From assembly GCA_963836075.1 (NCBI GenBank), contig CAWIIB010000001.1:800001-864000 (forward strand): 64,000 nt of DNA, read 5' to 3'. The position numbers were made by a program, and so were the translations under genes. The stretch's first letter is position 1. The number at the start of each line of letters is the position of its first letter. The notes under the pieces are model-generated. The model made no database searches, had not been told where the DNA came from, and was given only the letters and a program-made list of their open reading frames with translations. Shown one piece after another: positions 31,226 to 43,668 of the stretch. The stretch comes from an uncultured Acidobacteriota bacterium. GTDB taxonomy: Bacteria > Acidobacteriota > JAQAZP01.

Positions 31226-34045
31226 TCAGTCCAGAATGGTGGCCAGGTAGCGCCCGGTATGGGAGTGCGCGGAGTTGGCCACCTGCTCCGGAGATCCCTC
31301 GGCCACTACGGTTCCACCCCTCTCCCCGCCCTCCGGGCCAAGGTCGATGACGTGGTCGGCGCACTTGATCACGTCGAGGTTGTGCTCGATGATCACCACC
31401 GTGTTCCCACCCTCGGTGAGGCTCTCCACCACCCGCAGCAGCTTGCGGATGTCGTCGAAGTGCAGGCCGGTGGTGGGCTCGTCGAGAATGTAGAGCGTCC
31501 GGCCGGTGGCCCGCTTGCTCAGCTCGCGGGACAGCTTGACCCGCTGCGCCTCCCCGCCGGAGAGGGTGGTGGCCGACTGGCCCAGCTTGATGTAGCCCAG
31601 GCCCACGCTGATCATCGTCTGCAGCCGGTTGCGCACCGCGGGGATGTTCTCGAAGAACCGCGCCGCCTGGTTGATGGTCATCTCCAGGACCTGGGCGATG
31701 GATTTGCCCCGGTAGAGCACGTCCAGTGTCTCCCGGTTGTAGCGCCGCCCCTTGCACGACCCGCAGGTGACATAGACGTCGGGCAGGAAGTGCATCTCGA
31801 TCTTGATGATCCCGTCCCCGGCGCACTCCTCGCAACGCCCGCCCTTGACGTTGAAGCTGAAGCGGCCCGGCCCGTACCCCCGGACCCGGGACTCGGGCAC
31901 GGTGGCAAAGAGCTGCCGGACGTGGGTCATCAGACCGGTGTAGGTGGCCGGGTTGGAACGGGGGGTTCGGCCGATGGGGCTCTGGTCGATGTCGATCACC
32001 CGGTCAACGTGGCCCAGCCCGCGGATGTCGCGGTGCGCCCCGGGGCGCGGGGAAGCGCCGTGCAGCCTGCGGGCCAGGGCGCGGTAGAGGATGTCCAGCA
32101 CCAGGGTGCTCTTGCCCGAACCGGAAACCCCGGTGACCACGGTGAAGAGGCCCAGCGGGATGCTCACGTCGATCGTCTTCAGGTTGTGCTCGGCGGCGCC
32201 GACGATCTCGATACGCGGCCGCCCGGCGGCCTTGCGCCGGCGCTCCGGCACCTCGATGGATTTCTCGCCGCTGAGATACTGCCCGGTGAGCGAGCGGGGC
32301 TCGGCCTGGATTTCTTCCGCCGTGCCCTGGGCCACCACCTCTCCGCCATGCACTCCGGCGCCGGGGCCGAGGTCGATGATCAGGTCCGCCTGAAGCATGG
32401 TCTCCAGGTCGTGCTCCACCACCAGCACCGTGTTGCCCAGGTCGCGCATGCCCTGCAGTGTTTCCAGCAGCCGGCGGTTGTCCCGCTGGTGCAGTCCGAT
32501 GCTCGGCTCGTCGAGGACGTAGAGCACCCCCGAAAGACGCGACCCGATCTGGGTGGCCAGCCGGATGCGCTGGCCCTCCCCGCCGGAGAGGGAGGCCGCC
32601 CGCCGGTCGAGTGTCAGGTAGTCCAGGCCGACGTTGGTCAGAAAGTGCAGCCGCTCCTCGATCTCGCGCAGCACCCGGTGGGCGATCTCGCGCTCCGCCG
32701 TGTCCAGCTCCAGCGCCTGGACCATCTCCAACGCTCCCAGCACCGTCAGGCCGGTGAAGCCGCTGATGTTAGTCCCGCCGAGGGTCACGGCCAGGCTCTC
32801 CGGCCGCAGCCGCTGTCCGCCGCAGGAGAGGCAGGGGCTCTGCACCATGTACTTTTCGATCTGCTCCCGGATCACCGGCGAAGTGGTTTCCCGGTAGCGG
32901 CGGCGAAGCAGGGGCAGCACCCCTTCGAAGGGCCGGTTGAAGGCGTGCTTCATCGCCTTGCTCTTGAAGACCATCTCGATCTTCACCTCCCCCGAACCCT
33001 CCAGCAGGATCCGCTGGTGCTTTTTCGACAACCGCTTCCAGGGTTTGTCGAGGTCGATGCCAAAGTGCCCGGCCGCCCCCTCCACCATCTGAAAGAAATA
33101 GGACCCCTCGTTGTCCCCCAGGGGGGCGAATGCCCCCTCGCGTACCGGGCGGCCCGGGTCGGGTACCACCAGAGCGGGATCGAGCTCGAGGGAGGCGCCG
33201 AGGCCGTCGCATGCCGGACAGGCCCCGTGGGGGCTGTTGAAGGAGAAGGACCGCGGTGCCAGCTCGGGGAGGCTGACCCCGCAGTGGTGACAGGAGAGGG
33301 TCTCCGAAAAGAGCTGCTCCGGCAGGTCGGCGTCGGGGTGGTAGGCCAGGGCCACCCCCTCGGCCTGCTTGAGGGCGATCTCCAGCGAGTCGGCCAGCCG
33401 CCCGGCGATCCCCTCCTTGACCACCAGCCGGTCCACCACCACATCGATGGTGTGTTTCTTTCGCGCGTCGAGATCCAGCGGATCGCCCAGTTCGATGAAC
33501 GCGCCGTCCACCCGGGCGCGGATGAACCCCTCCCGCAGCAGGCGCTCCAGCAGTCCGCGGTGGGCCCCCTTGCGGCCCCGCACCACCGGGGCCAGCACCT
33601 GCAGCCTGGTGCCGCCGGGCAGGAGCAGCAGGCGGTCCACCATCTGCTGCACGGTCTGGGCCGAGACAGCCCGCCCGCACTCCGGGCAGTGCGGATGCCC
33701 CACCCGGGCGTAGAGCAGCCGGAGATAGTCGTAGATCTCGGTCACCGTGCCCACGGTGGACCGGGGGTTGCGCCCGGCAGAGCGCTGCTCGATGGCGATG
33801 GCCGGGGAAAGCCCCTCGATGGACTCCACCCTTGGCTTTTCCATCTGTTCCAGAAACTGGCGGGCGTAAGTGGAAAGGGATTCCACGTAGCGGCGCTGCC
33901 CCTCGGCGTAGATGGTGTCGAAGGCCAGGGATGACTTTCCCGAGCCGCTCACCCCGGTGATCACCACCAGGCGGTCCCGCGGGATCACCAGGTCGATCTG
34001 TTTCAGGTTGTGTTCGGCGGCGCCGGTGATGACGATGTTCTTCAT
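31226..34045 (-). CDS. uvrA: Excinuclease ABC subunit A
   Basis: Two Walker A 'GVSGSGKS', zinc fingers, 'LSGGE.QR', 'LDEP'. Confidence 0.98.
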   Translation of the reverse strand: MKNIVITGAAEHNLKQIDLVIPRDRLVVITGVSGSGKSSLAFDTIYAEGQRRYVESLSTYARQFLEQMEKPRVESIEGLSPAIAIEQRSAGRNPRSTVGTVTEIYDYLRLLYARVGHPHCPECGRAVSAQTVQQMVDRLLLLPGGTRLQVLAPVVRGRKGAHRGLLERLLREGFIRARVDGAFIELGDPLDLDARKKHTIDVVVDRLVVKEGIAGRLADSLEIALKQAEGVALAYHPDADLPEQLFSETLSCHHCGVSLPELAPRSFSFNSPHGACPACDGLGASLELDPALVVPDPGRPVREGAFAPLGDNEGSYFFQMVEGAAGHFGIDLDKPWKRLSKKHQRILLEGSGEVKIEMVFKSKAMKHAFNRPFEGVLPLLRRRYRETTSPVIREQIEKYMVQSPCLSCGGQRLRPESLAVTLGGTNISGFTGLTVLGALEMVQALELDTAEREIAHRVLREIEERLHFLTNVGLDYLTLDRRAASLSGGEGQRIRLATQIGSRLSGVLYVLDEPSIGLHQRDNRRLLETLQGMRDLGNTVLVVEHDLETMLQADLIIDLGPGAGVHGGEVVAQGTAEEIQAEPRSLTGQYLSGEKSIEVPERRRKAAGRPRIEIVGAAEHNLKTIDVSIPLGLFTVVTGVSGSGKSTLVLDILYRALARRLHGASPRPGAHRDIRGLGHVDRVIDIDQSPIGRTPRSNPATYTGLMTHVRQLFATVPESRVRGYGPGRFSFNVKGGRCEECAGDGIIKIEMHFLPDVYVTCGSCKGRRYNRETLDVLYRGKSIAQVLEMTINQAARFFENIPAVRNRLQTMISVGLGYIKLGQSATTLSGGEAQRVKLSRELSKRATGRTLYILDEPTTGLHFDDIRKLLRVVESLTEGGNTVVIIEHNLDVIKCADHVIDLGPEGGERGGTVVAEGSPEQVANSAHSHTGRYLATILD

Positions 34046-34097
34046 CTGCCACGGTCCAGGATAGTAGTGGTTGTCCGGAACGGTTCGCGAGGAGTTG

Positions 34098-34127
34098 ATT
34101 CTAGGAGCGCCGTGCCGAATCTGTCAA
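34098..34127 (-). promoter_or_regulatory. Sigma70 promoter of uvrA
   Basis: Minus strand TTGACA-N18-TAGAAT. Confidence 0.6.
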
Positions 34128-34197
34128 CGAAGGGGACCGCTCTCCGGGTTGACCGCCCGGGGCCCTTGCTGTATACCAACCGCAGAGGGAGGGACTG

Positions 34198-34845
34198 ATG
34201 ATCAAAACCGGTATGTCCACGGCTGTTCTCCTGCTGGCCGTCCTGCTGCTCTTCACCGCCACGGCCTGTCAGAAAAAACTACCGACAACGCCCAGCCTGA
34301 GGCCGCTGATCAGCGAGACGGCCGGATTGACGTCCTCCGGCACGGAAGTGCAGCTGGTTCTTTTCGGCACGCTGCGCCTGGGCATGCGCCAGCTGGACCG
34401 GGCCACCCGGGCCAGGTATCTGCAGGAAGTGACCGGGCAGTCGGAAGACCCCTTCCTCGCCCCCACCCCCGACCAGGAGGATCCCTTTCTGATCTTCCTC
34501 TTCACCGTGGAAAACCGCGGTGACAAACCGGCGCTGCTCAGCCCCTCCTTCGCTACCCTCACCGACCAGAAGGGCCGGTTCAACGTCGCCCCCTTCGACA
34601 TCCACGAGTTGAGCGGGATCCTGGCGGTCAACCCGGCCTTCACCCCGGAGGTCTCCCGGCGGATCCACGAACCCACGATCAACGTCAATCCCGGAACGCA
34701 GCACACCAAAATGCTGCTCTTCCCGGCGTTGGACCGTAAGAGCGATGTTGTGGAGGTTTTGATCCCGTCGGTGGTGTCCGGTAACGTGACCGCGGACGCC
34801 CACTTCCCCTTTTCGGTGACCTGGGAGCCGCTTCCGGCATTTTGA
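34198..34845 (+). CDS. Hypothetical lipoprotein
   Basis: Lipobox 'TATAC' after a hydrophobic stretch; Ig-like 'FTVENRGDKP'. Confidence 0.7.
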   Translation: MIKTGMSTAVLLLAVLLLFTATACQKKLPTTPSLRPLISETAGLTSSGTEVQLVLFGTLRLGMRQLDRATRARYLQEVTGQSEDPFLAPTPDQEDPFLIFLFTVENRGDKPALLSPSFATLTDQKGRFNVAPFDIHELSGILAVNPAFTPEVSRRIHEPTINVNPGTQHTKMLLFPALDRKSDVVEVLIPSVVSGNVTADAHFPFSVTWEPLPAF

Positions 34846-34959
34846 CCTTTTTTTCATTGTTTGCTATATTTTGTCGTTTCATTGACGCTCACAAATCTGC
34901 TGCCGGGGCCGTGCCGTACCAACGCCAGAGGCAGACGCCGACACGAAGGGATTCATCAC

Positions 34960-35448
34960 ATGACCGACACCACTGTCAACCCCAAGGCCGCCCTGCTGCT
35001 GGAACGCGGAGTCAAGGCACTGCAGAAAAAGAACTACAAGCAGGCGGCGAACGCGTTTAACTCACTGCTGGAGAAGTTCCCCGGCGAGTATGCCCTGAAA
35101 GACCGGGCGCAGGTCTATATCAAGGCCTGTGAGCGGATGACCGCCGCCAGGCCGAAAGCGCCCACCGATGGCAACGATATCCTGCACCTGGCCACCTACC
35201 ACCTCAACCGGGGCGAACTGGAGCAGGCCCGGGAACTGCTGGAAAAGGCCCGGCGCAAGACGAGCATCAAGCCGGAAACCACCTACGGCTTCGCCATCTA
35301 CCACGCCCTGCTCGGTGAAGAAGAGCAGGCGCTGACCTGCCTCGCCGAGGCCATCGAGCTGGACCAGGCCGTCAAATATGCCGCCCGCACCGAAAACGAT
35401 TTCGCCTCGCTCCAGGAGGAGCCACGATTTAAGGAACTGGTGGGTTGA
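34960..35448 (+). CDS. TPR protein
   Basis: Helical repeats; C-terminal 'LAEAIELD...AARTENDFASL..EPRFKEL'. Confidence 0.8.
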   Translation: MTDTTVNPKAALLLERGVKALQKKNYKQAANAFNSLLEKFPGEYALKDRAQVYIKACERMTAARPKAPTDGNDILHLATYHLNRGELEQARELLEKARRKTSIKPETTYGFAIYHALLGEEEQALTCLAEAIELDQAVKYAARTENDFASLQEEPRFKELVG

Positions 35449-35486
35449 CCTCGCGGGCCCCCGGGGACCCGGCAGGGAGCGGCGCC

Positions 35487-36512
35487 ATGGCTGACCTCCA
35501 AGCTCTGATTCTGGCTGCCGGCAAGGGCACCCGGATGAAATCCGGGCTGCCCAAGGTGTTGCACCGCCTTGCCGGCCGGCCGATGATCCGTTTCGTGGTG
35601 GATACCGCTCTGGCCTGCGGCGCCCGGCGGGTGGTGATGGTGGTGGGCCACGGAGCCGACAGGGTAAAAGAGGCGGTGCGCGACCTGCCGGTGGAGTTCG
35701 TCACCCAGCACGAGCAACTGGGCACCGGTCACGCGGTGATGTCGGCCCGGGGCGAGATGGCGGGCGGGCCCGGCCAGTTGCTGATCCTCAGCGGCGACGT
35801 ACCGCTGCTCGGATCGGACACCGTGAGCCGTCTGGTCGACCTGCAAGCTTCGCCGGGCACCGGCTGCGCCCTGCTCACGGCCACCCTGGAGGATCCCACC
35901 GGATACGGCCGGATCATCGCCGACGGCTCGGGGTTGGTGCAACGGATCGTCGAGGAGGCCGACGCCACTCCCGACCAGCGCCGGATCCGGGTGATCAACG
36001 CCGGCATCTACTGCTTTCATACCGACCTGCTGTTCCGGGTCCTCGACAGTTGCGGCAGTGACAATGCCCAGGGCGAGTACTACCTCACCGACGCCATCGC
36101 CGCCATCCGGGAACAGGGCCACGCGGTGCAGGCACTGGGCGTGCCCGACCCCGACGAGGTGGCCGGTATCAACACCCGGCTGGAGTTGGCCGGGATGGGC
36201 GAAATCATCAACCGGCGCAAGCTGGAACAGCTGATGCTCTCCGGTGTCACGGTGGTTTCTCCGGAGACGACACTGGTGGAGTGGGACGTGGAAGTGGGTC
36301 TGGACACCCTGATCCACCCCCACACCTCGCTGGAGGGCCGGACCCGGGTCGGAACCGGGTGCACCATTCACAGCTTCACCCGCCTGGCAGACAGCAGTCT
36401 CGGCGACAACGCCGTAGTCCGCGAATACAGCACCCTCAGCGGCTGCCGGCTGGAACCGGACAGCGTTACCGGGCCCAACGCCATACTGGAAGGGGACGGC
36501 AGCACCAGCTGA
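35487..36512 (+). CDS. glmU: GlmU-like N-acetylglucosamine-1-P uridylyltransferase with truncated acetyltransferase domain
   Basis: 'ILAAGKGTRMKS.LPKVLH', 'QLGTGHAV', 'GDVPL', 'GYGRI', 'EYYLTD'; only the first hexapeptide repeats are present; upstream of glmS. Confidence 0.85.
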   Translation: MADLQALILAAGKGTRMKSGLPKVLHRLAGRPMIRFVVDTALACGARRVVMVVGHGADRVKEAVRDLPVEFVTQHEQLGTGHAVMSARGEMAGGPGQLLILSGDVPLLGSDTVSRLVDLQASPGTGCALLTATLEDPTGYGRIIADGSGLVQRIVEEADATPDQRRIRVINAGIYCFHTDLLFRVLDSCGSDNAQGEYYLTDAIAAIREQGHAVQALGVPDPDEVAGINTRLELAGMGEIINRRKLEQLMLSGVTVVSPETTLVEWDVEVGLDTLIHPHTSLEGRTRVGTGCTIHSFTRLADSSLGDNAVVREYSTLSGCRLEPDSVTGPNAILEGDGSTS

Positions 36513-36577
36513 CCTGTGCTCGGCAGCAGAGAGAATCGCTTCAGTGCGGGCCCAGCCCTGCCGAAGGAGTCAGTACC

Positions 36578-38407
<1,830 letters not shown>

Positions 38408-38410
38408 CTT

Positions 38411-38493
38411 GTCCGGCCCTCGAACTGCTTTCTCCTCGCTCCGGTCGCGAAACGCTCCAACGTCGCTCGGAAGGAACAGTTGGAAGGCCTGAC
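38411..38493. repeat. Long imperfect inverted repeat after glmS
   Basis: GTCCGGCC..CGAACTG..TTC pairs with GAA.CAGTTGG..GGCCTGAC. Confidence 0.45.
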
Positions 38494-38624
38494 CCCTCAT
38501 TTTTCGCTCACATCCCTTCCTGACTCGACGTACCTGCCCCGATTGAGTAAACTGCCCGATCCGATGAAAATGTAAATTCACGGCCGATCAGCGGTCGATT
38601 CTAATGATGGGTTACAGATACACA

Positions 38625-40941
38625 ATGGGCAATGCCGATCTGCTGAAACAGTTGAACCCGGCACAGCAGAAGGCCGTGATGCACGGCACTGGGCCGATCC
38701 TCGTCCTGGCCGGCGCAGGTTCGGGCAAGACCAGGGTGATCACCTACCGCATCGCCCGGCTGCTTCTGGAAAAGCTGGCCCGCCCCTCGGAGATCCTGGC
38801 CGTCACCTTTACCAACAAGGCGGCGGCGGAGATGAGGTCACGGGTAGACCAGTTGCTGGGGGACGAACTCCCCGGCCTCTGGATCTCAACTTTCCACTCC
38901 GCCTGTGCGCGGTTCCTGCGCATCGAAGGCGCTCCGGACGGCATCGGCCGGCACTTCCAGATCTACGACACCAACGACCAGCAGGCCCTGATCAAACAGG
39001 TGATCGAAAGCCTGAGCCTCAATCCCAAAATTTTCCAGCCGCGGCGGATGCTGGCCTTCTTCAGCCAGGCCAAGAACCAGCTGCTGACACCGGAGACCTA
39101 CAAACCCCATTTCAACGACTGGCTGGGCGACGAGGAGGAGAAGCTCTTCCGGGAATACCAGCAGCGGCTGGCCGACTGCGGCGCGGTGGACTTCGACGAC
39201 CTGCTGCTGCTCACCGTGCGGCTGCTCAACGAGAAGCCCGGGCTGGCCGAGCTCTACCAGCAGCGGTTCCGCTACCTGCTGGTGGACGAGTACCAGGACA
39301 CCAACCGCGCACAGTACCGAGCTGGTGCGCCTGCTGGCCGGCCCGCAGGGCAATGTCTGCGCCGTGGGCGACGAGGACCAGTCGATCTACCGCTGGCGCG
39401 GTGCCGAGGTGCGCAACATCCTCGATTTCGAACGGGACTTCCCCGGGACGCGTCTGGTGAAGCTGGAGCAGAACTACCGTTCCACCGGCACCATCCTCCG
39501 CGCGGCGGGCGGGGTGATCGACCACAATACCCAGCGCAAGGGCAAGAAGCTCTGGACCGCCGCCGGGGACGGCGATCCGATCCGGTTGATCCACGCCGAT
39601 TCCGACCTGGAGGAGGCGCGGATGGTCACCGGCGTGATCAGGGAGGAGCGGCGCCGCTTCGAGCTGGACCAGATGGCAATCCTCTACCGCATGAATTTCC
39701 AGTCCCGGGTGCTGGAGGACGCCCTGCGCGCCGACGGCATTCCGCACAAGATCGTCGCCGGCCTCTCCTTCTACGAACGGAAGGAGATCAAGGACCTGGT
39801 GGCCTACCTCAGGGTCGTGGCCAACCCGCGGGACGACCTGGACCTCAAGCGGATCATCAATGTCCCGCCCCGCGGTGTGGGCAAGAAAACCGTGGAGCGT
39901 CTGGAGAGCCACGCCGCTGCCGGCGGCCTCACCTTGCGCCAGGCCCTGGCCGAGGCGGTGGAGGGCAAAGCCGGAAAGGCGCGGCTCCCGGCGGCGCTGG
40001 CCGATCTGGATACCCTGCTGCGGGAGCAGGCCGGACGCCTGGAGGGCGGGGCCGGGCCGGCCGACCTGCTGGAGGAGATCATCAACGGCACCGGCTTCGC
40101 CGAGTACATCCGCAGCTTCGACATTGCCGGGGCCGACCGGCTGGAGAACGTGGAGGAACTGCTGGCCAAGGCCCGGGAATTCGAGGAGACCTCCGGGGAC
40201 GAGGAAGGCCTGAGCCAGTTTCTCGACCTGGTCTCCCTGGTCTCGGACAGCGATGCCCTGGACGCCGACAGCCCGCAGGTGCGGTTGATGACCCTGCACA
40301 CGGCCAAGGGCCTGGAGTTCCCCCTGGTCTTTATCGTCGGTCTTGAAGAGGGGGTCTTCCCCATCGACCGCGGCGACCAGGACCCCGAGGAACTGGAAGA
40401 GGAACGACGGCTGTTTTACGTGGGGCTGACCAGGGCGATGAAAAAGCTGAACCTCTCCTGGGCCGGACGCAGACGGATCTACGGCCAGACCCGCTACACC
40501 TACGAACAGTCACGGTTTCTGGCCGAGATCCCCGAGGGCTGCCTGATCGACCCCACACCACGCCCCAGGACCGGCCACTCCCTGCCCCGGACCACCGACC
40601 TCAGCTGGGCGCCGGACAGGCGGGCCAGGGCCAACACCGCCCGGCGTGCGGCCTCCTCCAGGTCCGGCAGCGGCAGGCAGGCGGGGAAGAAGGCGGTGGA
40701 CGAGGCCCGCCAGTTCCTGGCCAACCTGAACATCAAGGTGGAGCAACCGGAAGAGGCCCCGGGCGACACGACCCTGGAGCCCCAGCCCGGGGACCTGGTG
40801 CAGCACCCCAAGTTCGGCCGGGGGCGGGTTCTGCAAAAAGAGGGGCAGGGGGAAGACGCCAAGGTCCGCGTGCACTTCAACCGCGTCGGCGCACGGACCC
40901 TGGTGCTGCGCTATGCCCGGCTGGAAGTCCTGGAAGGCTGA
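38625..40941 (+). CDS. pcrA: UvrD/PcrA DNA helicase; one apparent frameshift at ~39318
   Basis: 'LAGAGSGKT', 'VDEYQDTN.AQY' / 'VGDEDQSIY.WRGA', 'LEQNYRS', 'TLHTAKGLEF', 'EERRLFYVG.TRA', C-terminal Tudor-like 'HPKFGRG'. Confidence 0.93.
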
Positions 40942-40953
40942 CCGGGGACGCCG

Positions 40954-42324
40954 ATGAACGAACCCCGACACCAGACACCTGACCCGGATCTGCTGCGGCG
41001 GATTTTGGCCCGCGCGTGCGCCGGCCGGCGGTACAGTGAAGCGGACCTCTTTGCCGAGCGGAAGAGCACCCTGAGGATCGACCTGCTGGACGGCCGGGTG
41101 ATCGGTCTTGTTTCGGGCCTGGAGGAGGGCGCCGCGGTGCGCACCGCCGGGCCGGCCGGCTGCCGCTTCGCACACAGCGGAGGGTTGGACGAAGCGTCGC
41201 TGTGCCGTCTGGCCACCGGCGAGGCCGTGGACAGTTCCGACGGAGCGGCTCATCCCGGACTGGAACCGTCGGTGCCGGAATCGCTGGTGCAGGCCCTGGG
41301 CCATGTCGGCGCCGAGGCCGGGCGGGGCGAACCGCCGTGCCAACGGGTGGAGGTATCCTGCTATGCCGCATGCCAGCAGGTCTGGATCCTTGACGAGAGC
41401 GGACACCTGGCCATGGACCAGCGGTCGGCCTTCCGGGTCAGCGCCCGGGTCCTGACTGCTGACCGCTGGGGCGCGGCCCATCACGGCGGCGCATGGACCG
41501 ACACGATCTTCGACCTCCGGCAGGCGCGCCATCTGGCCCGCCACGCCCGATCCGCCGCCCTGACCGCCGCCGGCGCCAGGCCGGTCCCGGCAGGAGAACA
41601 GACCGTAGTGCTGGCCGCCGGCTCGGGCGGTATCCTGCTGCACGAGGCCTGCGGGCACCTGCTGGAGGCCGACTACATCATCCCCGGGCTCTCCCCCTAT
41701 GCCGGCCGGCTGGGCCAGGCAGTGGCCTCCCCGCTGGTCAGCGCCGTGGATGACCCCACGCTGCCCGATCTCCCGGCGTCGCAGATGGTTGACGACGAAG
41801 GGGTGCCCACAACACGCAAGCTGCTGCTGGATCAGGGGATCATCGCCGCCTTTCTCTGCGGGCGCCGCGAAGCCGGCGGCGGCGCCGGGTTCCAGCCCGG
41901 AAACGGCCGCCGGCGCTCGTTCCGCCACCTGCCGCTGCCGCGGATGAGCAACACCATGATCCTTTCCGGTGAGACGCCCCCGAAGGAGATCATCCGCCGC
42001 ACCGGCAGCGGGATCTACGCCGCGCGCCTCTCCGCCGGTCAGGCCGACCCGGCCAGCGGCCGCTTCCGCTTCACCGTGGCCCAGGGCAGGCTCATCGAAG
42101 ACGGAAAACTGACCTGGCCACTGGACGGGGCGGTGATCAGCGGAACCGGCCCGGCGGCGCTGTCCGCGGTGGACCTGGTGGGAAACGATGCCCGGGTTGA
42201 CGCCACGGCCGCCGGCTGCACCAAGGCGGGGCAGACCATTCCGGTTTCGGTGGGCCACCCCACCCTGCGGATCCGCACCCTGACGGTGGAGCCCCTGGGC
42301 TCGACCAGGGAGGGCCAGCCATGA
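40954..42324 (+). CDS. tldD: TldD family metalloprotease subunit
   Basis: 'LLHEACGHLLEAD', 'DDEG', 'GNGRR', 'PRMSNT', 'GCTKAGQ..PVSVG.PT'. Confidence 0.88.
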   Translation: MNEPRHQTPDPDLLRRILARACAGRRYSEADLFAERKSTLRIDLLDGRVIGLVSGLEEGAAVRTAGPAGCRFAHSGGLDEASLCRLATGEAVDSSDGAAHPGLEPSVPESLVQALGHVGAEAGRGEPPCQRVEVSCYAACQQVWILDESGHLAMDQRSAFRVSARVLTADRWGAAHHGGAWTDTIFDLRQARHLARHARSAALTAAGARPVPAGEQTVVLAAGSGGILLHEACGHLLEADYIIPGLSPYAGRLGQAVASPLVSAVDDPTLPDLPASQMVDDEGVPTTRKLLLDQGIIAAFLCGRREAGGGAGFQPGNGRRRSFRHLPLPRMSNTMILSGETPPKEIIRRTGSGIYAARLSAGQADPASGRFRFTVAQGRLIEDGKLTWPLDGAVISGTGPAALSAVDLVGNDARVDATAAGCTKAGQTIPVSVGHPTLRIRTLTVEPLGSTREGQP

Positions 42325-43662
42325 GCGCATTGACAATGACCGACGCCCTCCCCCTGCTGGACCATTGGCCCAAGGCCGGCGGCGCCGCGGAACTGCTGCT
42401 CAAGCAGAGCCGCAGCCGTCTGTGGAGCATGGCCGGAGGGATCATGGACACCGCCAGGGGCCGGGAGCGGGGGTCAGCGGTGAGGGTGGTGCTGCCGGAC
42501 GGACGCTGCAGCCTGGTCACCGCCGCCTCACCCTCTTTCGCCCGGCTGACCCGCGACCTGGATCGGGCACGCCTGCTGGCCGAGCTCACCGCCCCTGACC
42601 CGCACCTGACCCTTCCCGGACCGGCGCCGGATGCGGGCCTCCAGCCACTCCCCGCCACCGGCGGTTCGCCGGCGGAACTGTTCGGTGAGGATGCCGCCCG
42701 GGCCCTGCTGGACCGTCTGCTGGAGCCGGATACAAGGTGTGCCAGGGTGGTGAAAGCCTGGGTCCGCCAGGCTGAGGTGGGTACCGAGCTGGTGAACAGC
42801 ACCGGGTTCACCGGCAGCCACCGGGGGATATTGACCAGCCTCGGCGTGCTGCTGGACGGCGGCGGAGAGGAGCCGCTGGTTCACGAAGAACTGCTCACCG
42901 CCGGAGCGGTGCCGGCCCCCGATCGCTTTCTGGAAACCGCACGGTCCCGGGCCGCCGGAATATTCGGCGCCCGGGGCACACCTCCCGGACCCACCGGGTC
43001 GCTGGTGCTGACCCCGGAGGCTGCAGGTCCCGCTGCTGGCAGCCCTGGGCACCCGGTTTGTTCCCCTGCCCTGTTTGACGGAAGGCCCGGGTCTGCCGCC
43101 GCCGGGAACCCGGGTGGCGCCGGCGGGCATCACCCTGGCGGATGACGGCCGCCATCCCGGCGGGCCGCGCAGTGCCCCCTTTGATGGTGAAGGAACAGCG
43201 ACAGACACCACGGTCCTGGTCCGGGACGGCATCCTGCAATCCCTGGTGCACGACCGCCGGTCCGCCTCCCGGTCCGGCACCCGCAGCACCGGAAACGCGG
43301 TGCGCGACAGCTACCGCCAGGGCCCGGCTCCCGGCCTGACCACCCTGGTGCTCCACCCCCGGCCGGACCTCACCGAAGACGACCTGCTGGGGGACATCTC
43401 CCGGGGCCTCTACGCGGTGGTTGCCGCCCCGCCGGACCCGGACCGGCTGGAGGCCGGGATCTTCTCCATCCGCTTCCGGGGACGGCTGATCAACAGAGGC
43501 AGGCTCCTCTCTCCCACCGGCCCGGTGGCCTTCCGGCTTCCGCTGGACGATCTCCTCCCCCGGCTCCGGGCGGCTGCCGGCCGACCGAGATTGATCGCCC
43601 TGGACGGCGGCGTGGAAACACCGCTGCTGCGGCTGGACGGCGTACGGCTTGACTCCTGCTGA
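42321..43662 (+). CDS. PmbA/TldE family subunit; apparent frameshift at ~43030
   Basis: 'VNSTG', 'PFDGEG', 'STGNAVR', 'TP.LRLDG'; coupled to tldD. Confidence 0.78.
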
Positions 43663-43668
43663 TCGGAT

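Noticed and set aside
36513-36577. glmS ribozyme
   Set aside because: The gap is only 65 nt and lacks the AGCGCC...GACGAGG core; there is only a TCGGCAG/CTGCCGA stem.
39310-39325. Programmed frameshifting or pseudogenisation of pcrA (also ddl, argS, pmbA)
   Set aside because: No slippery heptamer or stimulator. Single-base breaks in essential genes are better explained as sequencing errors.
40954-43662. RiPP cluster built on TldD/E
   Set aside because: No precursor peptide, YcaO or other maturase nearby.
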